From contig CAVPKD010000007.1 in the NCBI GenBank assembly GCA_963705595.1, positions 2,640 through 66,639 on the forward strand: DNA of 64,000 nucleotides, given 5' to 3'. Under the pieces are notes generated by a model. The model searched no databases. It was given only the letters and a program-made list of their open reading frames with translations, and was not told where the DNA came from. Shown piece after piece: positions 42,379 to 53,245 of the stretch (position 1 is its first letter; each line of letters begins with the position of its first letter). A program made the translations under genes and the position numbers. Source of the DNA: Nitrospirota bacterium (GTDB lineage Bacteria; Nitrospirota; UBA9217).

Positions 42379-44253
42379 ATGTCTCTTAAGAAAAAGCTGA
42401 TCATTCTTTTAATCGCTTTCACTCTCATACCGGTCATGTTCGGCGGGGTCATGTTCTCGCAAGCCAGAACTGCTCTGCAGGCCGTACGTATCGCCCAGTT
42501 GAACAACATCGCAGACCTGGAAAAAGAAAAGATCGAGACGTTTTTCAGTGAACGAATTGCCGATATCCGGTCAACCCAGAATTACCTGAACATCAAACGG
42601 AACCTTCCTTTACTTTACGCTAGTTCGACCGAGGGGACCCGCGCATCCTCTGCGAACGTCCTGAGAGAATTGGACAGCCAATTAAAGCCATTCCAGGTGG
42701 ATTACGGATACCTTAATCTCATGCTCACGGACCAACACGGCAGGGTCGTCTATGTCAGTGACGACGCGCTGAGACCAAAGCTCGTGGGGAAACCACTTCC
42801 GGACAGACACATCTATGAAGAAGGGAAAAAAGCAATCTACTTTTCCGACATCTTCGTGAACAATGCACGGGGCAATACATTTGAAATGTACTGCGTGGCC
42901 CCGGTAAAGGGTCTAAACGGACACTTTATCGGAGAAGTGGTCATCGAGATCGATATGGGGCCCATCTACAGATTCATTCAGGACACTACCGGCATGGGCA
43001 AAACCGGCGAGGTGTTGATCGCCAAACAGGAAGGCAACGAAGCGGTGTTCCTGAGCCCTCTCCGTTATGATCCTGAAGCGGCCCTTAAGAAAAGGGTCTC
43101 CTTTAATGATACTATGGCTCACCCGGCGCAAATGGCGGCCCGTGGCGAGGACGGGTCAGGGATAACCCTTGATTATCAGGGGACAGAGGTGCTGGCTGCG
43201 TGGAGGTATATCCCGTTCTTGCGGTGGGGGCTCGTAACGAAGATCAGCGCTGACGAAGCCTTCGCGCCGATCTCGCGATTAAGGACATTCTTCATGGCCG
43301 CGGGATTCTTCGTCGTGGCCTTGGGTGCTTTCGCGGCACTCGCCATGTCAAAAACGATAACTGGTCCGCTCCGCTCCCTGCAGGAAGGCGCTAATGCTAT
43401 AGCAGCGGGCGACCTGGACCGCCATGTCGGTACGAACGCTCGTGACGAAGTAGGGCAGGTGTCGCGCGCCTTTGACGTCATGACGGACGCCCTCGTTCAC
43501 GATATAACCGAACGTAAGTATGCCGAGGAAAAAATAAAAAAACTGAACGAGGATCTGGAACATCATGTCGCGCAGCTTGTCCAGTCGAACAAAGAACTGG
43601 AGGCGTTCAGTTACTCCGTTTCGCACGACCTGAGGTCTCCACTCAGGGGCATCGACGGGTTCAGTCTCGCGCTCCTGGAGGATTACGCCGATAAGCTCGA
43701 TGACGCGGGCAGGGACTACCTCGAACGCATTCGTCTTGCGAGCCAGCGTATGGCACAACTCATCGACGACCTGCTGAACCTTTCCCGCATAACGCGCAGC
43801 GAAATGAAGCGTGAACGAGTGGACCTGAGCAGGATCGCGCAAGATATCGCCGACCGGCTTAAAAAAAATCATCCGGAACGCACGGTCGAGTTTGTCGTGT
43901 CCGGCGGCCTGACGGCCTACGGCGACGAGCGGCTGCTGAGAGTCGCCTTGGAGAACCTTTTCGGTAATGCCTGGAAATTCACGGGGGCCCATCAGCAGGG
44001 CCGGATCGAGTTTGGATCGGCGCAGCGCGATGGCCGAGCCGCCTTTTTCGTGAAGGATGATGGGGCCGGATTCGACATGGCCTATGTCGATAAACTGTTC
44101 GGACCCTTCCAGCGCCTGCATGCGTCGAGCGATTTCCCCGGCACGGGCATCGGCCTTGCCACAGTGCAGCGGATCATTCATCGACACGGCGGCCGTGTCT
44201 GGATCGAGGGTGAGGTGGAAAAGGGGGCGACTGTGTATTTTACGCTCTCTTGA
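42379..44253 (+). CDS. Sensor histidine kinase (Cache-like periplasmic domain, HAMP, HisKA, HATPase)
   Basis: SVSHDLRSPL, NLFGNAWKFT, DDGAGFD, FQRLH...GTGIGLA. Confidence 0.93.
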   Translation: MSLKKKLIILLIAFTLIPVMFGGVMFSQARTALQAVRIAQLNNIADLEKEKIETFFSERIADIRSTQNYLNIKRNLPLLYASSTEGTRASSANVLRELDSQLKPFQVDYGYLNLMLTDQHGRVVYVSDDALRPKLVGKPLPDRHIYEEGKKAIYFSDIFVNNARGNTFEMYCVAPVKGLNGHFIGEVVIEIDMGPIYRFIQDTTGMGKTGEVLIAKQEGNEAVFLSPLRYDPEAALKKRVSFNDTMAHPAQMAARGEDGSGITLDYQGTEVLAAWRYIPFLRWGLVTKISADEAFAPISRLRTFFMAAGFFVVALGAFAALAMSKTITGPLRSLQEGANAIAAGDLDRHVGTNARDEVGQVSRAFDVMTDALVHDITERKYAEEKIKKLNEDLEHHVAQLVQSNKELEAFSYSVSHDLRSPLRGIDGFSLALLEDYADKLDDAGRDYLERIRLASQRMAQLIDDLLNLSRITRSEMKRERVDLSRIAQDIADRLKKNHPERTVEFVVSGGLTAYGDERLLRVALENLFGNAWKFTGAHQQGRIEFGSAQRDGRAAFFVKDDGAGFDMAYVDKLFGPFQRLHASSDFPGTGIGLATVQRIIHRHGGRVWIEGEVEKGATVYFTLS

Positions 44254-44325
44254 CTGTTTCAGGTTTCGGGTTGAAAGAAACTTCATTCTGAGAAAAAGGA
44301 AACCACTACTCATAAGGAGCTTGAA

Positions 44326-44757
44326 ATGCACAATAAGGTGATTTTACTGGTTGAAGACAACCCGGATGATGTAAAGCTGACCATGCGGGCACTCAAGAAG
44401 AGCAATGTCCTCAATGAAGTGGTCGTGGCTCAGGACGGAGAAGAGGCCCTCGACTATCTTTTTTGCACCGGGAAATATGCCGGCCGCGACAAGAAGCGCA
44501 TGCCCCAGGTGGTCCTGCTCGACTTGAAAATGCCCAAAGTGGACGGTTTCGAGGTGCTGCAACGGATACGGGAGGACGAGAGGACCAAGCTCCTTCCGGT
44601 GGTCATCCTTACGACGTCGAGCGAAGATAAAGACCGCGTTGCCAGCTATCAGTTCCACGCCAACAGCTTCGTCCGCAAACCGGTGGATTTCGACCAGTTC
44701 ACGGAAGCGGTGAGGCAGCTCGGTCTCTACTGGCTGCTGTTGAATGAAACAGCGTGA
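44326..44757 (+). CDS. Single-domain response regulator (Rcp1-like)
   Basis: [29 protein letters not shown]. Confidence 0.93.
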   Translation: MHNKVILLVEDNPDDVKLTMRALKKSNVLNEVVVAQDGEEALDYLFCTGKYAGRDKKRMPQVVLLDLKMPKVDGFEVLQRIREDERTKLLPVVILTTSSEDKDRVASYQFHANSFVRKPVDFDQFTEAVRQLGLYWLLLNETA

Positions 44758-44854
44758 CCGGGAACGAACGCGCGCAGGAAGTGCATTGCCGGTCGCCGCA
44801 CCGTGAGGATGCTCTTGCCGTTACGGTTGGCTTGCTGGAGCTGCGGGGGAAGGG

Positions 44855-46310
44855 ATGGGCAAACCGCTTCGGGTGTTGATGGTAGAGGATTCGGAAGACG
44901 ATGCGCTCCTGCTGCACATAGAGCTGCGGAGGAGCGGATATGAGCCCGACTTCAAGCGTGTTGAGACGAGCGCGTCGATGAGGAAAGAGCTCGAACAGCG
45001 AGAATGGGACGTTGTGATCTCGGACTACGTCATGCCGACGTTCAGCGGCCTCGAGGCCCTGACCGTGCTCAAGGAGACCGGGTTCGATGTGCCCTTCATC
45101 ATCGTCTCGGGCAAAATTGGCGAGGATATCGCCGTGGACGCGATGAGAGCGGGAGCGCACGACTATATTCTAAAGGGCAATCTGGCGCGGCTGGTGCCCG
45201 CAATCGAACGGGAACTCCGTGAGGCCGAGACGCGAAGGGCGAGAAAACGGGCGGAGGAGGAGCGCATTCGCCTTGCGGCTGCCGTCGAATCCGCCGCTGA
45301 CGCCGTCGTCATCTCTGATCCGCAGGGCATCATCCAGTATGTGAATCCTGCCTTCGCGAAGATCACCGGTTATAGGCGGGACGAGGTCGTAGGACGGGAC
45401 TTTCGTCTCCTCGACATTGACCAGAGCGATGATCTCTTCTCACGGGGCATGCGGGAGGCAATGAAGGGGGAGGAGGGGGCCTGGACGGGCCGCACCACCA
45501 GCAGGAAGAAGGACGGTACGCTTTATGAGGAGGAGTGCACTTTTTCTCCGATCAAGGACTCATCCGGCGAGATCATCAACTTTGTTTTCCTGAAGCGCGA
45601 CATCACGGAAAAACTCAGGCTCGAATCGATAGCCCAGGCAATGGACACCATGAACAGCATCGGTTACATCTTTACGGGGGTGAGGCACGAGATCGGCAAC
45701 CCGCTCAACACGGTTATGCTAACACTTGGGTCTGATAAAGGATAAGATCGATACCTTCGACAAAGCGACCATCGAACAATATGTCGACCGCGCGTTGACT
45801 AATAGCGAAAAGATCGCCTTCCTTCTCCGAAGCCTTCGGAGCTTCAATATGTACGAGAAGCCGGAACTTCAAGTGGTGGAGATGGCTAATCTCCTGAGGC
45901 AATTTTTGGCTCTGGTGGAAGAGGATTTCGCGAAGAAAGGCATTACGATCGATACCTTCGTAGAGGCAGAACGGGTCTACGCTGATCCACGGGCACTTCA
46001 GCAGGTTCTGCTGAACGTGTTTACGAACGCCGCTGACGCTTTAACAGGCCGGGACGATCCGAAGATAACGGTGGGTGTTACCAGGGCAGGAAGCATGGTC
46101 CGGATCCGGGTACGCGACAACGGGTGCGGCATTCCCGAAGACCGGCTGAAGGACCTCTTCAAACCCTTTCACACCTCCAAGATCCACGGTAATGGCCTTG
46201 GCCTAGTCATCGTGAAAAAGATGCTCACCACGATGAACAGTACCATCTCGGTGACGAGCCGGAAAGACGAGGGGACCAGCGTGGAGATACTCATCCCGGA
46301 AAAAGGTTGA
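44855..46310 (+). CDS. Hybrid REC-PAS-histidine kinase (frameshift near 45725)
   Basis: REC, PAS (YVNPAF..ITGY), RHEIGNPL, NVFTNA, DNGCG, GNGLGL. Confidence 0.87.
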
Positions 46311-46497
46311 AGTGACGCAGTTCCTGTAGCGGGAGCCGAAGGCATGCAGCAGAAGTTGTTTCTGAGAGGTGTGCCTTGATGAAAAGCATGTCAATGCGTG
46401 ACTGGTCTGCTCTCCAGCAGGAATGCAGTTGACGAATGAACCGTGGGGCCAAAGAGCGATTATTTGAGGTCAGTTTCTTTAGGGTAGGAGAATATTT

Positions 46498-47115
46498 ATG
46501 GATACTATGCCGATAAAAGTGCTGCTCATCGAAGACGATCCCGATGACGCCATGCTCATTCAGAGGTACTTGTCTAATGCCCCGAAGGTCCGCTGCGAAG
46601 TGACCCATGTTGATCTTCTGAAGAAAGGGTTGGAATACCTCCAGGACGGCGGCTTTGATGTGGTGCTCCTGGACCTCGGCCTGCCGGACGCGCCCACGGG
46701 CCTCGACACCTTTAAAAAAGCGCATGCGCACGCACCTCAGGTTCCCATAATCGTGCTGACCGGACACGATGACGATGAGTTTGCCATCGAGGCCGTTCAG
46801 AAAGGCGCTCAGGACTATCTCGTCAAGGGCCAGGTCACGGGCGTCCTGCTCGGGCGCTCCATTCGCTACGCCATCGAGCGCCAGAAACTGCTCATGCAGC
46901 AGGAGCAATCCGCAAAGGAAATTAAAACGCTGAGAGGCTTCCTGCCCATCTGCGCGAATTGTAAAAAGATCCGCGATGACAAGGGCTATTGGACCCAGAT
47001 CGAAACATACATCAGTACTCGCACGGAAGCGGAATTCAGCCACGGCATCTGTCCGGAGTGCGCAAAGAAACTCTACGGGGAATTCTTCGACAAAATTGGG
47101 AAAAAGCTGCCCTGA
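46498..47115 (+). CDS. Response regulator with C-terminal Cys-rich output domain
   Basis: REC followed by LPICANCKKIRDDKGYW...FSHGICPEC. Confidence 0.88.
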   Translation: MDTMPIKVLLIEDDPDDAMLIQRYLSNAPKVRCEVTHVDLLKKGLEYLQDGGFDVVLLDLGLPDAPTGLDTFKKAHAHAPQVPIIVLTGHDDDEFAIEAVQKGAQDYLVKGQVTGVLLGRSIRYAIERQKLLMQQEQSAKEIKTLRGFLPICANCKKIRDDKGYWTQIETYISTRTEAEFSHGICPECAKKLYGEFFDKIGKKLP

Positions 47116-47300
47116 AGCGGCTGGATCCCAAGTATGGATGAATGAAGCTTCTCTCTTTTACCAACCGTCAAAGAATGATCACGATAACGCCTGTCGGCCT
47201 AAGCAGAGAGCATAGCTCCTAACCCTCTGCTCTCTGCTCAGTGCTTCTTCCTCCGGCTTTTCTGTTGCGCGGAAAGCTGATTTCGGGTATTCTACCGTCC

Positions 47301-48200
47301 ATGAGCGATGAAAAGCGGTTTAAATCAGGCTTCATCTCGATCATCGGCAGGCCCAACGTGGGCAAATCCACCCTCCTCAACGCGCTGCTCGGCGAGAAGA
47401 TCGCAATCATATCGGACAAGCCTCAGACCACGCGGAACAGGATACTCGGCATCGTGAACCAACCGGGCGCGCAGCTGGTTTTCATGGACACGCCGGGGAT
47501 CCACAAGCCCATGCACAAAATGAACGAGTTCATGGTCAAGACCGCGCTCGCGACATACAACGAGGTGGATGTGATCTTGATGCTCGTTGAAGCCACGGAA
47601 CAGCCGGGCGGGGGAGACAAGTTCATCATCGAAACGCTTTCCGAAGTGAAGTCGCCGGTCTTCCTCCTCATCAACAAAGTGGACCTCATCAAAAAGGAAG
47701 CCCTCCTTCCTTTGATGCAGGAGTACAGCAAACTCTATAATTTTGCCGAGATCATACCCGTGTCCGCGCTCCGGAATGACCTCGGCGGACTTCTTGACGC
47801 CATTCTCAAACGGCTGCCGCAGGGGCCAAAATATTTCCCCGACGATCAACTCACGGACCAGCCCGAGCGATTCATCGTGTCAGAACTGATCCGGGAGAAG
47901 GTCTTTGCCCTTACCAAAGAGGAGATACCCTACTCCACGGCCGTAGTCATCGAAGAGATGAAGGAAGAGCCGGACATAACACGGATCACCGCCATCATCT
48001 ATGTGGAGCGGGATTCCCAGAAGGGGATCCTGATCGGTAAGGGCGGCGGTATGCTGAAGCAGATTGGCACGCTTGCACGGCAGGAGGCGGAGAAGCTGCT
48101 CGGGGCAAAGATCTTCCTCCAACTCTGGGTCAAGGTCAAGAAGGGCTGGCGCGAGGACGAACGCATGCTCAAGAACATCGGAATCGTGACGGAAGAATAA
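47301..48200 (+). CDS. era: GTPase Era
   Basis: GRPNVGKST, QTTR, DTPG, NKVD, KH domain. Confidence 0.97.
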   Translation: MSDEKRFKSGFISIIGRPNVGKSTLLNALLGEKIAIISDKPQTTRNRILGIVNQPGAQLVFMDTPGIHKPMHKMNEFMVKTALATYNEVDVILMLVEATEQPGGGDKFIIETLSEVKSPVFLLINKVDLIKKEALLPLMQEYSKLYNFAEIIPVSALRNDLGGLLDAILKRLPQGPKYFPDDQLTDQPERFIVSELIREKVFALTKEEIPYSTAVVIEEMKEEPDITRITAIIYVERDSQKGILIGKGGGMLKQIGTLARQEAEKLLGAKIFLQLWVKVKKGWREDERMLKNIGIVTEE

Positions 48201-48352
48201 GAACGAAAACCGGATAACAAATTACAAGTTCCAAATAGTAGCGAAGCGCCAAATCTAAAGTATTCAGCCATCTTGTGCTGTGATCTTGAGATTTGAAATT
48301 TCTTTGGGAATTGGCTGTGACGATTTAGAATTTACTCTTAGGAGTTTAAATC

Positions 48353-48979
48353 ATGCACGAATTGATAAACTGGCTTATTATGACCATCGGAGCCCTGGGC
48401 TATCCCGGGATCTTCGTTCTCATGGCTCTGGAGAGCTCGGTCATTCCCATTCCGAGCGAGCTCGTGATGCCACCGGCCGGGTATCTCGCCCAGCAGGGGC
48501 AGATGCATATGGCTGTCGCCATCCTCTGCGGCACTGCCGGCAGCCTCGTGGGCGCCTACGCGAATTATTTCGCCGCCCATTATCTCGGCAGGCCGCTCAT
48601 CCTCAGGTATGGCAAGTACGTCTGGATAACGGAGGAGAAATTCGCCAAGGTCGAGACGTTCTTTAAGAACCACGGGGAGGTTTCGACCTTCATCGGCCGC
48701 TTGCTGCCGGTGGTGCGTCACCTCATATCGCTGCCGGCGGGTCTCGCGGGCATGAACCATGTTAAATTCTCCCTGTACACCTTGGCCGGGGCCGGCTTGT
48801 GGGTGACCGTGCTCACTTACATCGGCTACTTCATCGGGGCCGAGCGTGAGCTGATCATGCAGTACTCACATCAGGCGTTGATCGGGGCCGTGGTCCTGAG
48901 CGTGGTCATTATCGCCGTGTATGTATGGAACCACCGAAGGAAGAAACAGCTTAATCTGAAAGAAAGGATCGAGCCTTGA
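48353..48979 (+). CDS. dedA: DedA family membrane protein
   Basis: ESSVIPIPSE, GRLLPVVRHLISLPAG. Confidence 0.92.
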   Translation: MHELINWLIMTIGALGYPGIFVLMALESSVIPIPSELVMPPAGYLAQQGQMHMAVAILCGTAGSLVGAYANYFAAHYLGRPLILRYGKYVWITEEKFAKVETFFKNHGEVSTFIGRLLPVVRHLISLPAGLAGMNHVKFSLYTLAGAGLWVTVLTYIGYFIGAERELIMQYSHQALIGAVVLSVVIIAVYVWNHRRKKQLNLKERIEP

Positions 48980-49045
48980 TCACGAATGGCACGAATAAAG
49001 ACAAAAGATCATGAGTACGGATCTTTAGCTCTTCGTGCAATTCGT
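48979..49045. repeat. Intercistronic inverted element, CACGAAT type
   Basis: ACGAATGGCACGAA ... TTCGTGCAATTCGT (13 of 14 complementary). Confidence 0.7.
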
Positions 49046-49127
49046 TACGTCCTGCTCTTCGCGGTAAGGTTTTCGGAGCCTGTTTTTCCCTTATCATCTT
49101 CATTGGTGCTTTAATTTATAAACAAGT

Positions 49128-49901
49128 ATGAAATCAAAGACCGAAGCGATCATCATCGGCAGCATGAACCTGGGCGAGGCGGACAAGCTCGTCACCTTCT
49201 TTTCCCTCGACCGGGGCATGCTCAAGGGCGTTGCCAAGAATGCGCGGAAATCGTTCCGGCGCTTCGGCGCCGGGCTCGAGGCGTTCACCTACTGCAGGCT
49301 TCACCTCTACGAGCGGGAACACCAGGAACTTCTGAGGATCGAATCATCCGACATCATAACGCAACCTGCACGGATCTGCGAAGACCTGGGCCGTTCCGCT
49401 GCCGGCGCCGTCATGCTGGAACTCGTAAAAGAGCTTGCGCCTGCAGGGGAGCGCAATGCTTCCGCATTCCTTCTCCTCGCCCATACCCTCCAGCTCCTGA
49501 ACTCAGGGGAAGACCCCTCGTTCCTGCTCAGGATCTTCGAGATCAAGTTCCTTTCGCTCCTGGGGTATCAGCCCAGGCTTGATCACTGCCTTTCCTGCGG
49601 AAGGGAGCCGAAAGGGGAGATGATATTCCACGGAATGAAAGGCGGGGTGCTCTGTCAGGACTGCATGGTTTCTTCAGGAGAACCGCAGATAGGCCTTTCA
49701 CAGGGCGCGGCCGGGTTCTACTACCAGGCGCTCAGGATGGAAATGGACAAGGTCTGCCGTCTCAGGCCTTCTCCCGCGATCATGCAGGAACTTGACGGGA
49801 TGTTTTCCGCGCACACGTTCCACATCCTTGGCAAGGGACTCAAGTCAATGGAGTTTTTCAAATCGATCAAGACGCTCGAACGAACGATTGGGTGCCAATG
49901 A
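49128..49901 (+). CDS. recO: DNA repair protein RecO
   Basis: LGEADKLV, VAKNARKS, LGYQPRLDHCLSCG...GGVLCQDC; downstream of era. Confidence 0.95.
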   Translation: MKSKTEAIIIGSMNLGEADKLVTFFSLDRGMLKGVAKNARKSFRRFGAGLEAFTYCRLHLYEREHQELLRIESSDIITQPARICEDLGRSAAGAVMLELVKELAPAGERNASAFLLLAHTLQLLNSGEDPSFLLRIFEIKFLSLLGYQPRLDHCLSCGREPKGEMIFHGMKGGVLCQDCMVSSGEPQIGLSQGAAGFYYQALRMEMDKVCRLRPSPAIMQELDGMFSAHTFHILGKGLKSMEFFKSIKTLERTIGCQ

Positions 49902-49984
49902 ACCGGAGCGCGGACAGAGCAGAGAAATATTTTGACTTTCCTACTGCCGTATGATATAAAACGACCATAATTTACCAACGATCA

Positions 49985-50151
49985 CATCCAGGCGAAGGGA
50001 ATCCCGTGTAAATCGGGAGCGGACCCGCCGCTGTAATCCCGGCCCCGCAGGAAGCGGGGTCTATAACCGTTACCAGTATCATTGCCACTGGCCCGCAGAT
50101 CGGGCTGGGAAGGCAGGTAAGGGTGGGAGAGCCAGAAGACCTGTTTGGATG
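49985..50151 (+). ncRNA. Cobalamin riboswitch upstream of btuFCD
   Basis: AAGGGAAtcccGTGtAAATCGGGAGCGGACCCGCCGCTGTAA...GCCACTG...TGGGAAGG...GAGCCAGAAGACCTG; P1 CATCCA/TGGATG. Confidence 0.92.
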
Positions 50152-50203
50152 TCCTCGCACAGTCTTCGGCGTTAAGATCATGTGTGGGTTAATACGCCCT
50201 ATT

Positions 50204-50241
50204 AATCCCCAGTCTTGAAGAGAAGACTGGGGATTTTTTTT
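50204..50241 (+). terminator. Riboswitch expression-platform terminator
   Basis: AATCCCCAGTCTT-gaagag-AAGACTGGGGATT followed by a T-run. Confidence 0.88.
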
Positions 50242-50317
50242 ATATCCACAGCCTAGGACGCGGAGGCGAGATGCGATTCAGAAAAATGCCGGACTCAGAT
50301 AAAAAAGGAGAGAGCGG

Positions 50318-51232
50318 ATGTTCAAGGGCAGAGCATTATCCGGTTTCTCTGCGAAGATCCTCGTCCGGACATTTATTAATCTTATGAAACAATTTTTCAT
50401 AACCCTATTCTTCATCTTAAGCTTATCGAGCATCACCCCAGCGGCTGAACCCGCATCACCGCCCAAGCGGATCGTCTCGCTTGCGCCGAGCATGACGGAG
50501 ATTCTGTTCGCACTGGGGCTCGGCGATAACATCGTCGCGGTGACCACCTTTTGCGACTATCCCGAGGAAGCGAAGAAGAAACCGAAGATCGGCGGCATGT
50601 CCAACCCGTCGCTTGAGGCCGTCGTCTCATTAAAGCCCGATATCGTCGTGATGACCACGGACGGCAATCCGAAGGAATTTGAGGAGCGGCTCCGCTCGCT
50701 AAAGATCCATACCTATGTTTCCCGAGCGCGCAGGCTTGCGGAGCTTCCTCAGGACATCAGGGAACTGGGTGCTGCGCTTGGGGTCCAGGGGCGGGCGGAT
50801 GCATTGGCCGATACGATAGCGGCCGGTATCAAGAGGTTGTCCGCAGGATCAAGTTCGTCGTCCGTTTCTTCTCCCACCTCGCCTAAGAAGGTGCTGTTTA
50901 TCGTCTGGCCCGAACCGCTTATCGTTGCCGGGCCCGGCACGGTCATAGACGACGCTATCACGCTGCTCGGATATGAGAACATCGCAGCGACGGCAAAGAC
51001 CACCTATCCCAAGTATTCCATCGAGGAGGTCATCCGTCAAGCGCCGGATGTGCTGTTTATCGGCAAGGGATCGGGGATGGACATGCAAGCGGTCTCGCAG
51101 GGGATCCTGCAGAGACTTGCGACCGTGCCGGCGGTGAAGAACGGGAAGGTCTATTTCATGAGCGATAGCCTGTACCGGCTCGGACCGCGGGTCATCAAGG
51201 GCATCGAGGAGCTCGCCGCATGTCCAAAGTAA
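50318..51232 (+). CDS. btuF: Cobalamin ABC transporter substrate-binding protein
   Basis: RIVSLAPSMTEILFALG, FCDYP, PSLEAVVSLKPD, RLGPR; alternative start at 50384. Confidence 0.9.
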   Translation: MFKGRALSGFSAKILVRTFINLMKQFFITLFFILSLSSITPAAEPASPPKRIVSLAPSMTEILFALGLGDNIVAVTTFCDYPEEAKKKPKIGGMSNPSLEAVVSLKPDIVVMTTDGNPKEFEERLRSLKIHTYVSRARRLAELPQDIRELGAALGVQGRADALADTIAAGIKRLSAGSSSSSVSSPTSPKKVLFIVWPEPLIVAGPGTVIDDAITLLGYENIAATAKTTYPKYSIEEVIRQAPDVLFIGKGSGMDMQAVSQGILQRLATVPAVKNGKVYFMSDSLYRLGPRVIKGIEELAACPK

Positions 51233-52188
51233 GGATGTCCATCCTCATTGCTTTCGCCCTGCTCATCGTGCTGTGCTCGGTGCTCCTCGGGCCGACGCAT
51301 CATCTCTCCCTTCGGCCTGACCGCTATGGACCGGGAGATCCTGTTCTCCATCCGTCTTCCGCGCGTGCTGGTCGCGCTGCTCATGGGCATGGCGCTTGGC
51401 GCTTCGGGCGCGGTGCTGCAGGGGATCCTGCGGAACCCGCTCGCCGACCCCTATATCCTCGGCATATCGAGCGGCGCGTCGCTTACAGCGGCGCTCGGCA
51501 TCATCGGCGGGATGACCTTTCTCGGCAGTTTCACGGTGCCGGTGCTCGCTTTTGTCGGCGCTCTTATCACCGGCGGTATCGTGGGAGCGATGGGTTGGAA
51601 GCGGGGAGGACTCTGGCCCGAACGGCTGCTGCTCGCGGGTGTGGGCCTGAGCTTTCTCTTTTCCGCGCTCTTGATGCTCATGATGAGCATCTCGACCGAT
51701 GAGGGACTGCGGCGGGCCATGCTCTGGATCTTCGGCGACCTTTCCATGTCCGAGTGGCAGCGGATACCTTACGGGCTGGTGTTCGTCCTGGCGGGCACTC
51801 ATCCTGTCGGCCACGCGGGCAAAGGCGCTCGAATGCGCTGATCCTCGGCGATGAGTTCGCCCACAGCCTGGGGTTCGCGCCGCAGCGCGAACGGTTCATT
51901 CTCTTCGTCTCCGTCGGGCTCATGACCGCGGCATCGGTCTCGCTCGGCGGCATGATCGGGTTCATCGGCCTGCTCATCCCGCATATCATGCGCTTCTTTC
52001 TCGGCTCCGACAGCAGGATGCTGATCCCGGCGTCGGCGCTCGGCGGCGGTTCGCTCCTCTGCGTCGCGGATCTGGTCAGCAGGTCGCTCCTGCCGCCCAT
52101 GGAGCTTCCGGCGGGTGTCATCACGGCCATTATCGGCGCGCCCTATTTTTTGTACCTGCTCAGGAGAAAAGATGTCCTCAGCATCTAA
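51220..52188 (+). CDS. btuC: Cobalamin ABC permease (FecCD family; frameshifts near 51305 and 51810)
   Basis: [45 protein letters not shown]. Confidence 0.88.
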
Positions 52189-52949
52189 ACCCAAAATACT
52201 CGATCTTGACGGCGTCTGTTATTCATACGATAAGGACAGACCCTTTATCCAGGATCTTTCCTTTTCCGTGGGCGAGGGAGACTTCATCGGCCTGCTCGGC
52301 GCGAACGGGTCGGGAAAGTCCACGATCCTGAAGCTCGGGAGCGGCATCCTGAAGCCTTCGTCAGGGAGTCTCCTGCTCTGGGGCAAGGATATGCACACGT
52401 TGAACAACCGGGACCGCGCTAAACTGATCAGCTATCTGCCCCAGACACTCGATATCAGCGTGCCGTTCACGGTCAGGGAACTGGTCGGCATGGGGCTCTA
52501 CCCGTACGACATCCCTCCTGCCATGACCGTTGATGATGCCCTTGATATGGTCGGGCTCAGTGACAAGGCGGATGCCCATCTCCCGGACCTGAGCGGAGGG
52601 GAACAGAGGAGGACCTTCATCGCCATGACACTCCTGCAGGGGGCGGGCCTGCTCCTGCTTGGATGAACCGCTCGCGAACCTCGATATAAAATATCAGATC
52701 GAACTGGTAAGGCTCCTCAGGAGACTGAAGGAGGAGAGGAATATATCGGTGGTCATGGCGCTCCACGATATCAATATGGCGCTGCAGTTCGAGAGCGTGA
52801 TCCTCATCCAGGAGGGGAGGATCATCGCGTCAGGCAACCCGGAAGCCGTGCTGACCCGGGACATGGTTAAGCAGGCGTTCGCTGTGAATGTGGAGATCAA
52901 GCGGTCCGGGACCGATGGCATCTATGTCAGCTACGAGGATAATTTCTGA
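52172..52949 (+). CDS. btuD: Cobalamin ABC ATPase (frameshift near 52660)
   Basis: GANGSGKST, LSGGEQRR, DEPLANLD, ALHD. Confidence 0.88.
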
Positions 52950-52983
52950 GAAAGGAGGTGGAGAAAAGACCGGGAACAGGCCC

Positions 52984-53216
52984 GGGAATGGTTCTCTATA
53001 AGAAGAAACACCGTATCTGAAGAGCGTAATCAAAAGGGAATAGAGAAGCGGAAAGGGGTGAGAATCCCCTGCTGTCACGCAACTGTGATGGAAACGAAAG
53101 CCGTGATCGCCACTGGAAGAGCTGTTCGAACAGTTTAAACGGTTCAAGCTGTTTGAGCGAATGCTCCGGGAAGGCCGGCAAGTAGGATGTCCTAAGCCAG
53201 GAGACCTCTCGTTCCC
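52984..53216 (+). ncRNA. Second cobalamin riboswitch, internal to the operon, upstream of btuB
   Basis: AAGGGAA...GGTGAGAATCC..GCTG..CGCAACTGTGA...GCCACTG...GGGAAGG...AAGCCAGGAGACC. Confidence 0.88.
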
Positions 53217-53245
53217 AAAACCTCGATGGAAGGAGATATATAATA

